Positions 46,172 to 55,669 of a stretch of 64,000 nucleotides of DNA are shown piece by piece (positions within the stretch are counted from its first letter, which is position 1; the number at the start of each line of letters is the position of its first letter). A model generated the notes under the pieces. That model saw nothing but the letters and a program-made list of their open reading frames with translations, was not told the DNA's origin and made no database searches. The position numbers and the translations under genes were made by a program. The DNA lies in sequence record PV764938.1; one strand, given 5' to 3'.

Positions 46172-47004
46172 TCGAAAAAATGGCTAGGGTCGAACATGAG
46201 TTCGGTAGTCCATTCGTTCTTGCATTCCTCCTGCGGACACACAAGCGCAATCTTCCGATCGATGCCCGTATCACGGAATACCTTCATACCTTCTTCAATC
46301 GCATCTATGGCGTCCTTTGAGGCATTCTCGAGGAACTCCCTAATGTGCTTGGGATCGCTAACCTCACCACCCGGCACAACAATACTCACAACAGCATCCG
46401 CGAGCAGATCCAAGTTCAAGTTGGAAATCTTCTCGAAACTATTCGAAAATGCTGTGATGCGAGATTCCTCAGGAAGACCAATTGCAACCAGACTCTGTAG
46501 GAGCTTTGCTTCCTCGAAGGCAGCGAGATTCGTTCGGGTCGTCGCGTTGTAATCGTATGGTCGAATCTTTGCAACCATTTCATCACTGATGCGAACGCTA
46601 TATTCGGGGTCCAACTGCTTGGCTGTGCTCATCACTTCTTCAATTGAGCATTCGAAGTTGTGTTCGTTCTTACACTTGGGGCATGTCGTAGTGAGCTCCA
46701 GTTTGTCTCCAAACGTTGCCTTCTTGATCGCCAGCAGTAGGTAATCAATATCCTGGCTTGGCATTCTACGGGGGTTCTTAACGCCGGGAACGCACGATTT
46801 AATGATGTTCTCGATTGAATACCCGTTTAGTAGACCATCCGGGTTCTTGGCCCAGATTTCATCACGCGCAGCCATCGGATAAACTGCGAGTTCTCCAGTC
46901 ATGCTAGTCTCTAGTTCCTCAGCTGGTGTAAATGCACCGCGAGACGGCAGCACCACGTGGATACCAGGAACACGGAAATATTGGGCTAGTGGATTGTCAC
47001 TCAT
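46168..47004 (-). CDS. gp26: Baseplate hub assembly chaperone gp26-like
   Basis: LPSRG..YPMAARDE..DIDYLLLAIK..CPKC..CPQEEC. Start moved to MSDNPL at 47004 (GAGGT RBS). Confidence 0.85.
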   Translation of the reverse strand: MSDNPLAQYFRVPGIHVVLPSRGAFTPAEELETSMTGELAVYPMAARDEIWAKNPDGLLNGYSIENIIKSCVPGVKNPRRMPSQDIDYLLLAIKKATFGDKLELTTTCPKCKNEHNFECSIEEVMSTAKQLDPEYSVRISDEMVAKIRPYDYNATTRTNLAAFEEAKLLQSLVAIGLPEESRITAFSNSFEKISNLNLDLLADAVVSIVVPGGEVSDPKHIREFLENASKDAIDAIEEGMKVFRDTGIDRKIALVCPQEECKNEWTTELMFDPSHFFE

Positions 47005-47030
47005 TGGATTACCTCGATTGCTCATACTCA

Positions 47031-47074
47031 TATTTAGTACGCGGTTAACCTCGCGGTTTAAGTTTGGGTAAATA
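47031..47074. promoter_or_regulatory. Back-to-back late promoters
   Basis: TAAATA on the minus strand (47031-36) for gp26 and on the plus strand (47069-74) for the 832-aa gene. Confidence 0.65.
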
Positions 47075-47097
47075 ATAGAACGAACCCGGAGGTACTC

Positions 47098-49596
47098 ATG
47101 GCTGATTTTGATATGGAGCAGATGCGGATAATTTTCCAGAATCTTGCTGAAAAACTTGCCAATACCAAGGGTGACGAAAACATCGTTGACAAGCTCAAGG
47201 TCGTTGAGAAAGCAATTCGCGATCTAGAGAAACGCCAGCGTGAACAATCTCAAAAGTCCAAAACGGATCAAAAACGCGAGAACCAGGAATTCATTAGGGA
47301 GTTCGTAAAGGAATTCGACAATGTAACAGTGCTCAAGGATATCCGTACGGCTATTCAAGATCAAGGTCTAAATGGTGCTGGGCCCGGTCAAGGCCCAATC
47401 AACGCAGATCCAAAAGATTTCGCTAAGCTCAGCAGCAAAATCGGTGGATCAATTCTAGCATTTGGTAAGCTCACCTCTGCGATGGGCTCCGGTGCTGCAC
47501 AGGCTGTGAACAACTTTGGTAACCTCAACGGTTCATTCCGTGGTCTTGCGAATGCAGCGGGTATCACAAGTGGGGCATTGTTTGTTGTTGCTAAGACTCT
47601 TGATGAACGTGCTGATGCTTATCGCAGTCTTGTAAACTCAGCAGAAGGTACAATCGGATCTCTCCAGGATCTCGGCAATGCCATGCACGTTTCCACTTTG
47701 AGTGCAGAGGAATTTTCTGAAGCTATCGCCAAGGGAACGCAAGGTACTCGACTGATGGGCGCTCAACCGTGGGCTAAACTCTACGGAAGCATTCTCAAGC
47801 AAACTCAGTCCATGGGATTCTACGGATACACGACTCAACAGTTGGTAGCCGCACAGAATGAATACCTGGACATGCTGGCAAACCGAAACGATTTGTTCAA
47901 TCGCACGGATAAGCAAATCGTTGATGGTCTCCAAGGTTTGCTCGTTGTCAACGACAAAATGGCTTCCATTTTGGGTAAGACACGTGAAGAACAATTGGCT
48001 GCCGCAGCTGAACAAGCTCGTGACCCAGTATTCCAGGTCTGGAAACAATCACTCGGCGATAACGTCGACCAGAACATCATCGATCAGATGATGGCCACCC
48101 TCAACACGATTAGTCCTGCACTGAAAGATATTGGTCAGGACATGATGATGATGAATGGTGGTGTAACAGGTGAAGCTGCTAAGGTTCTCGCAGTATTGCC
48201 ACCGGAAGTTCGTCAGTCTCTCCAAGCGATGGTAGAACAAGCCAAGCAGGGTAATCTAACGGACGAGCAACTCCAGGATGCTATTCAGGGTCTGCAAAAG
48301 CCTATGAATAACTTCACCAAGAACAACGCTGAGGCTTTGGGTATCTTGGGTAAGCAGGTGGGTGAACAATTCCGCTCGGTTGCTGAAATCGCCGTAAACA
48401 CATCAAAGATTAAGCAGGATGACCGAATCACTGCTCGAGGCACCGAGCAAACCGATGCCGGCACTGTAGGCATTCTGCAGGCTAACCAAACGATTCGTGA
48501 AATGGGTGCAGCGGTACGAGATACAGTTACCGGTGTATTGAACCCACTGCTGAACGAATATGGACCTGAGATTAAATCGCTCGTTGGGACCACAAGTGAT
48601 CTCGTCAACAAATACCGTGAGACAATTATCCAACTGCAAAACTTTGACGGTGCAATCAGCGCGATCGGGGCCGTATTCGCCGGTGGAGCTATCATAAACG
48701 CTGCCTCGGGTATCGTTGGTACCCTAGTAGCGGCGCGCATGATCCCGATGATTGGTGAAGCGGTAAAGGTGATTACGAGTCCGCTACGTGGTCTCGCTGG
48801 TAGCATTTCGGGTCTAGGTAGAATGCTGACGGGTGGTGCTCTCGGTAGAAGTATCGGTGCATCCGTTGCTGGTGCTGTGAGTAAGATTCCTGGTCTTGGT
48901 GCAATTGCGGGTGGTGCTGCTCGTGTAGCTGGTCCAGTTGGCGTTGGATTGCTCGCAGGTGAAGTCGCCCGATATACAGACGAAAAGGTCTCTGATTACG
49001 TCTACGAAAATGCACCCGAAGAGGCAAAGGATTTCTGGTACGATTTCCGTAAGAAGGGTGAAGGCTTCTGGGACTTCATGGCTCAGAATCCATTCTCTGG
49101 TACGATTCAGTCGGGTCCAAATGCGGGTAAGAACTATTGGACTGGTGAGCAAGAGTTTAAGCAGGACGAAAATGGTGAATGGGTAGAACTCACACCAGAA
49201 GAAAAAGCTGCATCCAAAAATGTTGAATCCAGCGACCTCGCAGAGATTAAAGACTCGGTAACGGAATCTCCTGATCAAGTCGATCCAAATGCAGTTGCCC
49301 TTTCGGAACTCACCAAGAGTCTTGATCAGCAATTCGCAGCAACCACTCCAGTTGAACCTATGCCAACAGAGCTCACACAAACGCTTGATGTTGAAGGTCT
49401 GATGGCAAGCTTGAAGACAGATAGCACTGCGATGCAGACAACGATTACTGCAACCAACAGCGCGTTGGAACGTATCTATCAGATCCTAAAGCAGAACTTG
49501 GACTTCGACAAAGAGAGCTCACAAATCATTCGTGACCGTCTCGGAGAACTACAGCGTCTGAACGAAGACATCGCCCGTAGCTCTCGCCGTGGATAA
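47098..49596 (+). CDS. Candidate tape measure protein
   Basis: 832 aa, helical Ala/Gly/Gln-rich, with a hydrophobic Gly/Ala segment; late promoter; adjacent to gp26/gp51. Confidence 0.6.
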   Translation: MADFDMEQMRIIFQNLAEKLANTKGDENIVDKLKVVEKAIRDLEKRQREQSQKSKTDQKRENQEFIREFVKEFDNVTVLKDIRTAIQDQGLNGAGPGQGPINADPKDFAKLSSKIGGSILAFGKLTSAMGSGAAQAVNNFGNLNGSFRGLANAAGITSGALFVVAKTLDERADAYRSLVNSAEGTIGSLQDLGNAMHVSTLSAEEFSEAIAKGTQGTRLMGAQPWAKLYGSILKQTQSMGFYGYTTQQLVAAQNEYLDMLANRNDLFNRTDKQIVDGLQGLLVVNDKMASILGKTREEQLAAAAEQARDPVFQVWKQSLGDNVDQNIIDQMMATLNTISPALKDIGQDMMMMNGGVTGEAAKVLAVLPPEVRQSLQAMVEQAKQGNLTDEQLQDAIQGLQKPMNNFTKNNAEALGILGKQVGEQFRSVAEIAVNTSKIKQDDRITARGTEQTDAGTVGILQANQTIREMGAAVRDTVTGVLNPLLNEYGPEIKSLVGTTSDLVNKYRETIIQLQNFDGAISAIGAVFAGGAIINAASGIVGTLVAARMIPMIGEAVKVITSPLRGLAGSISGLGRMLTGGALGRSIGASVAGAVSKIPGLGAIAGGAARVAGPVGVGLLAGEVARYTDEKVSDYVYENAPEEAKDFWYDFRKKGEGFWDFMAQNPFSGTIQSGPNAGKNYWTGEQEFKQDENGEWVELTPEEKAASKNVESSDLAEIKDSVTESPDQVDPNAVALSELTKSLDQQFAATTPVEPMPTELTQTLDVEGLMASLKTDSTAMQTTITATNSALERIYQILKQNLDFDKESSQIIRDRLGELQRLNEDIARSSRRG

Positions 49597-49599
49597 TCA

Positions 49600-49605
49600 T
49601 AAATA
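49600..49605 (+). promoter_or_regulatory. Late promoter (TAAATA)
   Basis: CATAAATA upstream of the portal gene. Confidence 0.7.
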
Positions 49606-49632
49606 GCTTACAATATTGGTTAAGGATTATCT

Positions 49633-51360
49633 ATGACTTGGAAACGTCACTTTCAGCAAATTAGCAAGGATAAGAAGCTACAAACGCTGATGAAAAACCA
49701 GCGTGCGGGTACCTATCCGACGGCTAATACTGGAAACAACTTTCAAAGCTATTTGCCAGAGGTTTATGCGGGTCACCCACAGCGTCAGGAGCGTTATGCT
49801 CAGTACGACGTTATGGACCAGGACTCGGAAGTCAACGCGGCTCTCGATACGATCTCGGACTTCTCCACTCGGCCGGATGATGAAACAAATCAGCTATTCT
49901 TCATCAACTATTATAGTGAACCCAACGACTCAGAAGTCGACATTATCAAGAACCTTCTGAATCAATGGTGCAACTTGAACCAAATGAAGACACGTCTCTG
50001 GCGTATCTTCCGAAATACTCTAAAGTATGGGGACCAGTTCTTCATTCGCGACCCTGAGACTCAAATACTTCATTACGTTGATAACGCAAAAGTAGAAAAG
50101 ATCATCGTTGATGAGTCCAAGGGAAAGACACCTCAATACTATGTGATCAGAGATTTGGATCTGAATCTAATTGAGAAGGTAGCGACAAAGCAGGACGACT
50201 ACGGACAGAACATTCAGGGCACTGGTACAAATAGCTTGAAGCAAAACAACCAGATGACCAATCAGAGTAGTTCATTCCATAAGACTCAGGGACGCTTTGA
50301 TTCTTCACAGAATGCTCATCATGTGGATGCCGCACACGTCGTTCACTTCTCACTGTCCGAAGGGCTTGACGCGAATTGGCCCTTCGGTACATCAATTCTT
50401 GAACCCATCTTTAAGGTGTTCAAACAGAAGGAACTCCTAGAGGATTCCATCGTCATCTATCGTGTTCAGCGTGCGCCCGAACGTCGCGTATTTTACGTGG
50501 ACGTCGGTGGTATTCCAGTTCACAAGTCCCAGGCTTACTTGGACAAGGTGAAGATGGAAATTCACCAGCGTCGTATTCCGACTCGTACGGGTGGTGGCAG
50601 TAATATTCAAGACGCCGCATACAATCCGCTCTCTATCATGGAAGACTACTTCTTCGCTCAGACCGCTGACGGTCGTGGTTCGCGAGTCGAGACACTTCCG
50701 GGTGGTGAGAACCTGGGCCAAATCGACGACTTGAAGTATTTCAATAACAAGATGATTCGCGGTCTCCGCGTTCCGTCCAGCTACCTGCCTACGGGTCCAG
50801 AAGATGGCCAGGCATCGTTCAATGATGGTCGTGTTGGTACCGCTTACATTCAGGAATATCGTTTCGCCAACTATTGCCAACGACTCCAGTTGCTGTTGAG
50901 CTCTGTCATCGAAGACGAATTCAAGCTGTTCATCAAGCGACGTGGTTATAACATCGATGCTGGTATGTTCTCGCTGGAATTCAATCCTCCACAGAATTTC
51001 CGACAGTTCGCACAAATCGAGCGTGACACCGCACAGATCGGTGTATTCAGCCAGCTCGCAGACGTTAACTGGTTGTCCAAGCGATTTCTCGCAACCCGCT
51101 TCATGGGTCTCACTGAGGAAGAACTCGTTGAGAACGAACGCCTGTGGAAGCAGGAGAATCCTCGTCTCACTGAACCCGTTGAGGGCGATGGTGGTGTTGG
51201 TGATGGTGGCGGAGCACCTGGCCTCGATAGCGTTGGCTTCCGTGAACAACCCGAAGACATCGAATTCACAGATGACGAAGGCGCAGATGATGCCGGTGGT
51301 GATGAGCCCGACGCAGGTCCTGGCCAGGACGATTTGAATCTAGATCTAGGAGAAGAGTAA
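49633..51360 (+). CDS. gp20: Portal protein
   Basis: LEDSIVIYRVQRAPERRVFYVDVG..EDYFF..DGRGSRVETLPGGENLGQIDDLKYF. Confidence 0.97.
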   Translation: MTWKRHFQQISKDKKLQTLMKNQRAGTYPTANTGNNFQSYLPEVYAGHPQRQERYAQYDVMDQDSEVNAALDTISDFSTRPDDETNQLFFINYYSEPNDSEVDIIKNLLNQWCNLNQMKTRLWRIFRNTLKYGDQFFIRDPETQILHYVDNAKVEKIIVDESKGKTPQYYVIRDLDLNLIEKVATKQDDYGQNIQGTGTNSLKQNNQMTNQSSSFHKTQGRFDSSQNAHHVDAAHVVHFSLSEGLDANWPFGTSILEPIFKVFKQKELLEDSIVIYRVQRAPERRVFYVDVGGIPVHKSQAYLDKVKMEIHQRRIPTRTGGGSNIQDAAYNPLSIMEDYFFAQTADGRGSRVETLPGGENLGQIDDLKYFNNKMIRGLRVPSSYLPTGPEDGQASFNDGRVGTAYIQEYRFANYCQRLQLLLSSVIEDEFKLFIKRRGYNIDAGMFSLEFNPPQNFRQFAQIERDTAQIGVFSQLADVNWLSKRFLATRFMGLTEEELVENERLWKQENPRLTEPVEGDGGVGDGGGAPGLDSVGFREQPEDIEFTDDEGADDAGGDEPDAGPGQDDLNLDLGEE

Positions 51361-51602
51361 TGCGCTACAATGAGTTTTCGAAGGAATCCCTCGATCACCT
51401 AAGCGAAGGGTTTATCGACCCTAACGAGGATGAGTTTATGAAGGCTCATCCCGGAGATGCGCGTAAGCCTAAGCTCACACTCAAGCAGCTAAACAAATTG
51501 AAGAAAATCCGCGCAACAAACGATCTGGAAAACGCCAAGAAAGAATCCCTTCTTGGCGTTATGTATGGTGCTCCCGAGGAAGACGACGGTGGCGACTTCT
51601 AA
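51360..51602 (+). CDS. Small head-associated protein
   Basis: 80 aa, TAATG-coupled to the portal; RKPKLTLKQLNKLKK motif. Confidence 0.7.
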   Translation: MRYNEFSKESLDHLSEGFIDPNEDEFMKAHPGDARKPKLTLKQLNKLKKIRATNDLENAKKESLLGVMYGAPEEDDGGDF

Positions 51603-51934
51603 TTCAGCTTGATATACTGGGCAAACAAACTGTCACAGATTTTGCGAATCTTATCAAGGTCCTTGGGCTCAACATCCACAAGGGCCTTTTCTTTATTCTC
51701 GATGGCTCGGATCGTATACGAGCAATCTGAACCACTTAGTTGGTAACCTGCCTCCTCTATGTGCAGGATGATTCCCGCTACAGTCTTCGGGTTACGCTTG
51801 TACTCTTCATTCAATGCCTTACAGATTGTGGTCATCAAATGTTGGTTATGGGGACATTCGAGCTCATAGTCGCCTGACTTAATCACAGCTCGTGCATCCC
51901 AAACCACTGTTCGCATTAGTTTGGTCTTCATCAT
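51599..51934 (-). CDS. Hypothetical protein
   Basis: 111 aa with GAGG RBS, convergent with the portal operon. Confidence 0.65.
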   Translation of the reverse strand: MMKTKLMRTVVWDARAVIKSGDYELECPHNQHLMTTICKALNEEYKRNPKTVAGIILHIEEAGYQLSGSDCSYTIRAIENKEKALVDVEPKDLDKIRKICDSLFAQYIKLN

Positions 51935-52041
51935 TTCCTCATGCCGCGTCGCCCCCTGCTTATAGCACGCCTATATAGGCGTTATCAAACCGAAAAAGCA
52001 CACTTTTTGACATATATGGGCATTCTTTTTTTACGTCTGGC

Positions 52042-52047
52042 TAAATA
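52042..52047 (+). promoter_or_regulatory. Late promoter (TAAATA)
   Basis: Upstream of the first acidic core protein. Confidence 0.65.
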
Positions 52048-52103
52048 AAGCGTGAACATTAACCATAAACAAATGTTCTCGTTTATCGAGGAAGGAGTAT
52101 CAC

Positions 52104-53099
52104 ATGCAAAAGGTAGAACTGTCCAAGGTTCTTGATTTGCTCATTGCTGAGGATCGCGAGGAGGCTTCTAAGCTGCTTCACGAGTGGTTCGTCGGTAAGT
52201 CGAAGAGCATTCTAGAAGAACTCATGCAGGAAGATGACGGCGCACTCGACGACATCGAAGATGCTAAGGAAGAAATTGCTTCGGAAGAATTCTATGGCGA
52301 CGTCGATCTTGACGAAGCTGGCGAAGATGAAGTCGAAGGTGGCGAAGAAGAACTCGCTGGTGACGTTGAGGGCGACCTCGAAGGTGCTGGTGACGAAATC
52401 GAAGCTGCTGCCGATGATATCGGTGCAGAACTCGGCGCTGACGAAGTTGAAGTTCCAGTCGAAGACAAGGTTGAAGACCTGGAAGCTCAGCTTGCAAGTC
52501 TGAAGGCTGAATTCGAAAAGCTCATGGGCGGCGATGAAGCTGGTGAAGAAGTTGTAGGCGCAGACGATGAGTTTGCAGGCGACGACGTTGCTGTTGGTGA
52601 CGAAGAGTTCGCGGCTGAAGGCGTATTCGAAGGCGAAGAAGAAGTTGCTGAAGGCGAAGAGCTTGATGAAGCTGCTGACGAAGACGACGACAAGGAAGAC
52701 CTCGATGAGGACTTTGCTGATCTCGAAGAGTCCTTCGAACTGGAAAAGGTTTCCGATCCTAAGCTCGCTGGCGACGGCGAAATCGGTGACGGCGGCAAGA
52801 TCGCTGTTCACAAGGATTCCCCAATCCCACAGCGTAAGACTGGCGACCGCGTAGGTGGTAACGCTGTTGAAATCAAGGGCAAGACCCACAAGGGTTACGC
52901 TCGTGAAGCTTCTCCATCGGTTCAGTCGAAGCCAATCCTGAAGAACCAGGTTCGCAACGCAAAGGCTGATCTTGAGTCTGTTTCGCCAGAAGGTGATAAG
53001 TCTGCTCTGATCAACAAGGGTCCAAAGGCTGATAAGGGCAAGTCCCCAATCGGCGGTGGCGCTGTTGATCTTCGCGGCGATGACCTCAAGCGTAAGTAA
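52104..53099 (+). CDS. Acidic prohead core protein, paralog A
   Basis: Very D/E-rich; between portal and protease like T4 gp67/68; shares four blocks with the next gene. Confidence 0.75.
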   Translation: MQKVELSKVLDLLIAEDREEASKLLHEWFVGKSKSILEELMQEDDGALDDIEDAKEEIASEEFYGDVDLDEAGEDEVEGGEEELAGDVEGDLEGAGDEIEAAADDIGAELGADEVEVPVEDKVEDLEAQLASLKAEFEKLMGGDEAGEEVVGADDEFAGDDVAVGDEEFAAEGVFEGEEEVAEGEELDEAADEDDDKEDLDEDFADLEESFELEKVSDPKLAGDGEIGDGGKIAVHKDSPIPQRKTGDRVGGNAVEIKGKTHKGYAREASPSVQSKPILKNQVRNAKADLESVSPEGDKSALINKGPKADKGKSPIGGGAVDLRGDDLKRK

Positions 53100-53119
53100 T
53101 TTGGATAAATTAAAGTGAG

Positions 53120-53144
53120 AGGGGAGCATTCGTCTCCCCTTTTT
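53120..53144 (+). terminator. Intrinsic terminator
   Basis: AGGGGAG-CATTCGT-CTCCCCT-TTTT. Confidence 0.75.
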
Positions 53145-53165
53145 CTTTAAGAGGAAGGATTAACA

Positions 53166-54398
53166 ATGAGTGAGAAACTCTCAAAAGTATTGGATCTTCT
53201 GATTGCAGAAGACCGCGAAGAAGCTGCAAAGACACTTAATGAGTGGTTTGCAGAACAGCAAGCTTCCATCACAGCAAGCCTTATGGAAGCTGATGAGTCC
53301 GAAGAAGAACTGGACGAGTCCGTTACAATCACAATCGACACAGACGACGATGCAGAAGCTGTTGCAGGTGAAGCAATTGTTGATGAATCCGCCGAGAAGC
53401 CAGAATATTTCGACGTAGCTAAGGATTGGCTTGAGGAATATATCGCTGGCGAAGCTGAAGAACTTGAACCAGGTTCGAGCTACGAAATGATTCTTGAAAC
53501 AGTTCGTCAGCACGTCGAATATACTGCCGAAGAAGGTGGTTATGAGCACCTCGAATGTGAGCAAAAGGCTGAAGCGGTCATCAGAGACCCTGACATCCTC
53601 CAGCTCGTTAAGCAGGCTGCTGGTGGCGTAACCGAAGATGACGAAGCACCGATCGCTGACGAAACTGGCGAAGAAGCTGGTGATGATTTCGGTGGTGATG
53701 ATTCCGCTGTTGAAGACCTCACAGTTGATGAGCGTGTAGAAGACCTGGAAGCCCAGCTCGAAGCACTCCGCGCTGAATTCGCAGCTCTCATGGGCGACGA
53801 AGCAGGCGATGATGAAGTAGACGGCGATGACGCTGGTGAAGAAGAAATCGTTGACGGTGATTCTGATGAAGAAGAAACCGAAGGCGACGACGAAGTTGAA
53901 GAAGCTATTGCTCCGGGCGTCCCAGGCAAGAAGACAACTTTCACTCAGAAGTCTGGCATCGACTTCGGTGGTCATCAGCGCATTCGTGAAGACGAAGAAC
54001 TCGATGAGGACTTCGCTGATCTCGAAGAATCCGCAGACTACAAGTTGGAGCCAGTCACAGCCGAAAAGCTGAAGACAGAAGGCGAAACAACTGGCGTTGG
54101 CAAGAAGGTAAAGGTTACTAAGGACTCCCCGATTCCACAGCGCAAGCCTGATGAGCGTGCTGGCGGTGACCCAGTAGAAATCAAGGGCAAGACCCACAAG
54201 GGTTATGCTCGCGAAGCTGCACCGACCGTTCTCGGTGGTAATGAGACGTTCAAGAACTCTCAGAAGGCTCCGAAGAAGATTTCTAAGGAAGGCGACAAGT
54301 CCGCTGAACTCAACAAGGGTCCAGCACCGGACAAGGGTAAGAGCCCAATCAGTGGCGATCCTAAGCTCCGTGGGAAAGACCTTTCCCGTAAGTCGTAA
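53166..54398 (+). CDS. Acidic prohead core protein, paralog B
   Basis: Shares LSKVLDLLIAEDREEA, VEDLEAQL, DEDFADLEES and KDSPIPQRK..VEIKGKTHKGYARE with paralog A. Confidence 0.75.
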   Translation: MSEKLSKVLDLLIAEDREEAAKTLNEWFAEQQASITASLMEADESEEELDESVTITIDTDDDAEAVAGEAIVDESAEKPEYFDVAKDWLEEYIAGEAEELEPGSSYEMILETVRQHVEYTAEEGGYEHLECEQKAEAVIRDPDILQLVKQAAGGVTEDDEAPIADETGEEAGDDFGGDDSAVEDLTVDERVEDLEAQLEALRAEFAALMGDEAGDDEVDGDDAGEEEIVDGDSDEEETEGDDEVEEAIAPGVPGKKTTFTQKSGIDFGGHQRIREDEELDEDFADLEESADYKLEPVTAEKLKTEGETTGVGKKVKVTKDSPIPQRKPDERAGGDPVEIKGKTHKGYAREAAPTVLGGNETFKNSQKAPKKISKEGDKSAELNKGPAPDKGKSPISGDPKLRGKDLSRKS

Positions 54399-54416
54399 TT
54401 TCGGCTAATTTACGTG

Positions 54417-54440
54417 ATGGGGGCCTTTGGTCCCCATTTC
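54417..54440 (+). terminator. Probable terminator hairpin
   Basis: ATGGGGGCC-TTT-GGTCCCCAT with a weak U-tail. Confidence 0.5.
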
Positions 54441-54463
54441 CGTATCAAATGGTTAAACCCTAG

Positions 54464-54469
54464 TAAATA
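54464..54469 (+). promoter_or_regulatory. Late promoter (TAAATA)
   Basis: Upstream of the prohead protease. Confidence 0.65.
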
Positions 54470-54502
54470 CTAGCGGAATTCCAACTCTATAAAGGTGAAA
54501 TA

Positions 54503-55135
54503 ATGGCTAACTTCCTCACTGAAGCAATGACATTTGATCAGGCCCAGGTTCTTCTCGAAGGTGGTGGCCTGAACGACCAGGGTAAGCCGAAGGATCTCTA
54601 CATGCGCGGCATTTTTGTGCAGGGCGGCGTAAAGAACCACAATCAGCGTGTATATCCGGTCAATGAAATCCGTTCGGCTGTTGATCAGCTCAACGAAACT
54701 CTTCGTCGTGGTGAAAGCATCCTCGGTGAAGCAGATCACCCAGAAGAACTAAACATCAACCTGGATCGCGTTTCCCACATGATCACGGAAATGTATATGG
54801 ATGGTCCTAACGGTATCGGCAAGCTCAAGGTTCTTCCGACTCCAATGGGCAACATCGTCCGTACACTTCTGGAATCCGGCGTAAAGCTTGGCGTTTCTTC
54901 CCGTGGTTCCGGTAACGTTACTGAAACCGGTGATGTATCCGATTTTGAGATCGTAACTGTTGACGTTGTGGCTCGTCCATCGGCTCCAGCTGCATATCCG
55001 AAGGCTGTATATGAGGCCTACAATATGCGCCGTGGTGCAATCACTCAGGACCTCGCTGAATCTATGGTTCATGATGCAAAGGCACAGAAGTACCTGCAGA
55101 ATGAGCTCGTCAACTTCATTAACAGCTTGAAGTAA
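54503..55135 (+). CDS. gp21: Prohead protease
   Basis: GIFVQGGVKNHNQRVYP, GEADHP, VSH, GVSSRGSG, DVVARPSAP. Confidence 0.96.
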   Translation: MANFLTEAMTFDQAQVLLEGGGLNDQGKPKDLYMRGIFVQGGVKNHNQRVYPVNEIRSAVDQLNETLRRGESILGEADHPEELNINLDRVSHMITEMYMDGPNGIGKLKVLPTPMGNIVRTLLESGVKLGVSSRGSGNVTETGDVSDFEIVTVDVVARPSAPAAYPKAVYEAYNMRRGAITQDLAESMVHDAKAQKYLQNELVNFINSLK

Positions 55136-55143
55136 GGTGTACA

Positions 55144-55659
55144 ATGAGAGCTTCCGAGCTTTTTGAATTTTGGAGCCCGAAGGAGACTTCGCAAGAGTTT
55201 GCGAAGTCGTTCTTGGTTCATCATTTTGGGTTTAATGAGTTTAAGAAGGATTTCATGTATGTCAAATCCATCTCTAAAACCCATTACATTACAGTTCGTT
55301 GCTCCACTTATATGGCTCTCGATTTGTTCAATCGAGACACAATGAAGAGTGAAGATAAGATTGTACTTGATGGTGAAGTTACAGCCAAAGTCAAGCAACA
55401 GGCTCTCAACAAGATTGCCCAGTGGACAAAACAGTTCAGCGACAAAGATCCAGAAATGAATGTGACGGAAGCTCCTATCGCATTCCAAAAGGGTGATCCT
55501 GTCACTTACGATTTGCAGCCGAATAAGCGCAATTCTCCGCGTGGTAATGCCGTGTTCAAGATGATGTCCAGTAAGAAGAATCACGCTTACATCGAAACAG
55601 AAACCGAAGGTACAATTATGGTACCGATTGCCGAGCTTGCTCCGCGCGAGTCGAAATAA
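55144..55659 (+). CDS. Hypothetical protein (head operon)
   Basis: 171 aa, AAGGT RBS. Confidence 0.75.
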   Translation: MRASELFEFWSPKETSQEFAKSFLVHHFGFNEFKKDFMYVKSISKTHYITVRCSTYMALDLFNRDTMKSEDKIVLDGEVTAKVKQQALNKIAQWTKQFSDKDPEMNVTEAPIAFQKGDPVTYDLQPNKRNSPRGNAVFKMMSSKKNHAYIETETEGTIMVPIAELAPRESK

Positions 55660-55669
55660 GGAGACCAAA

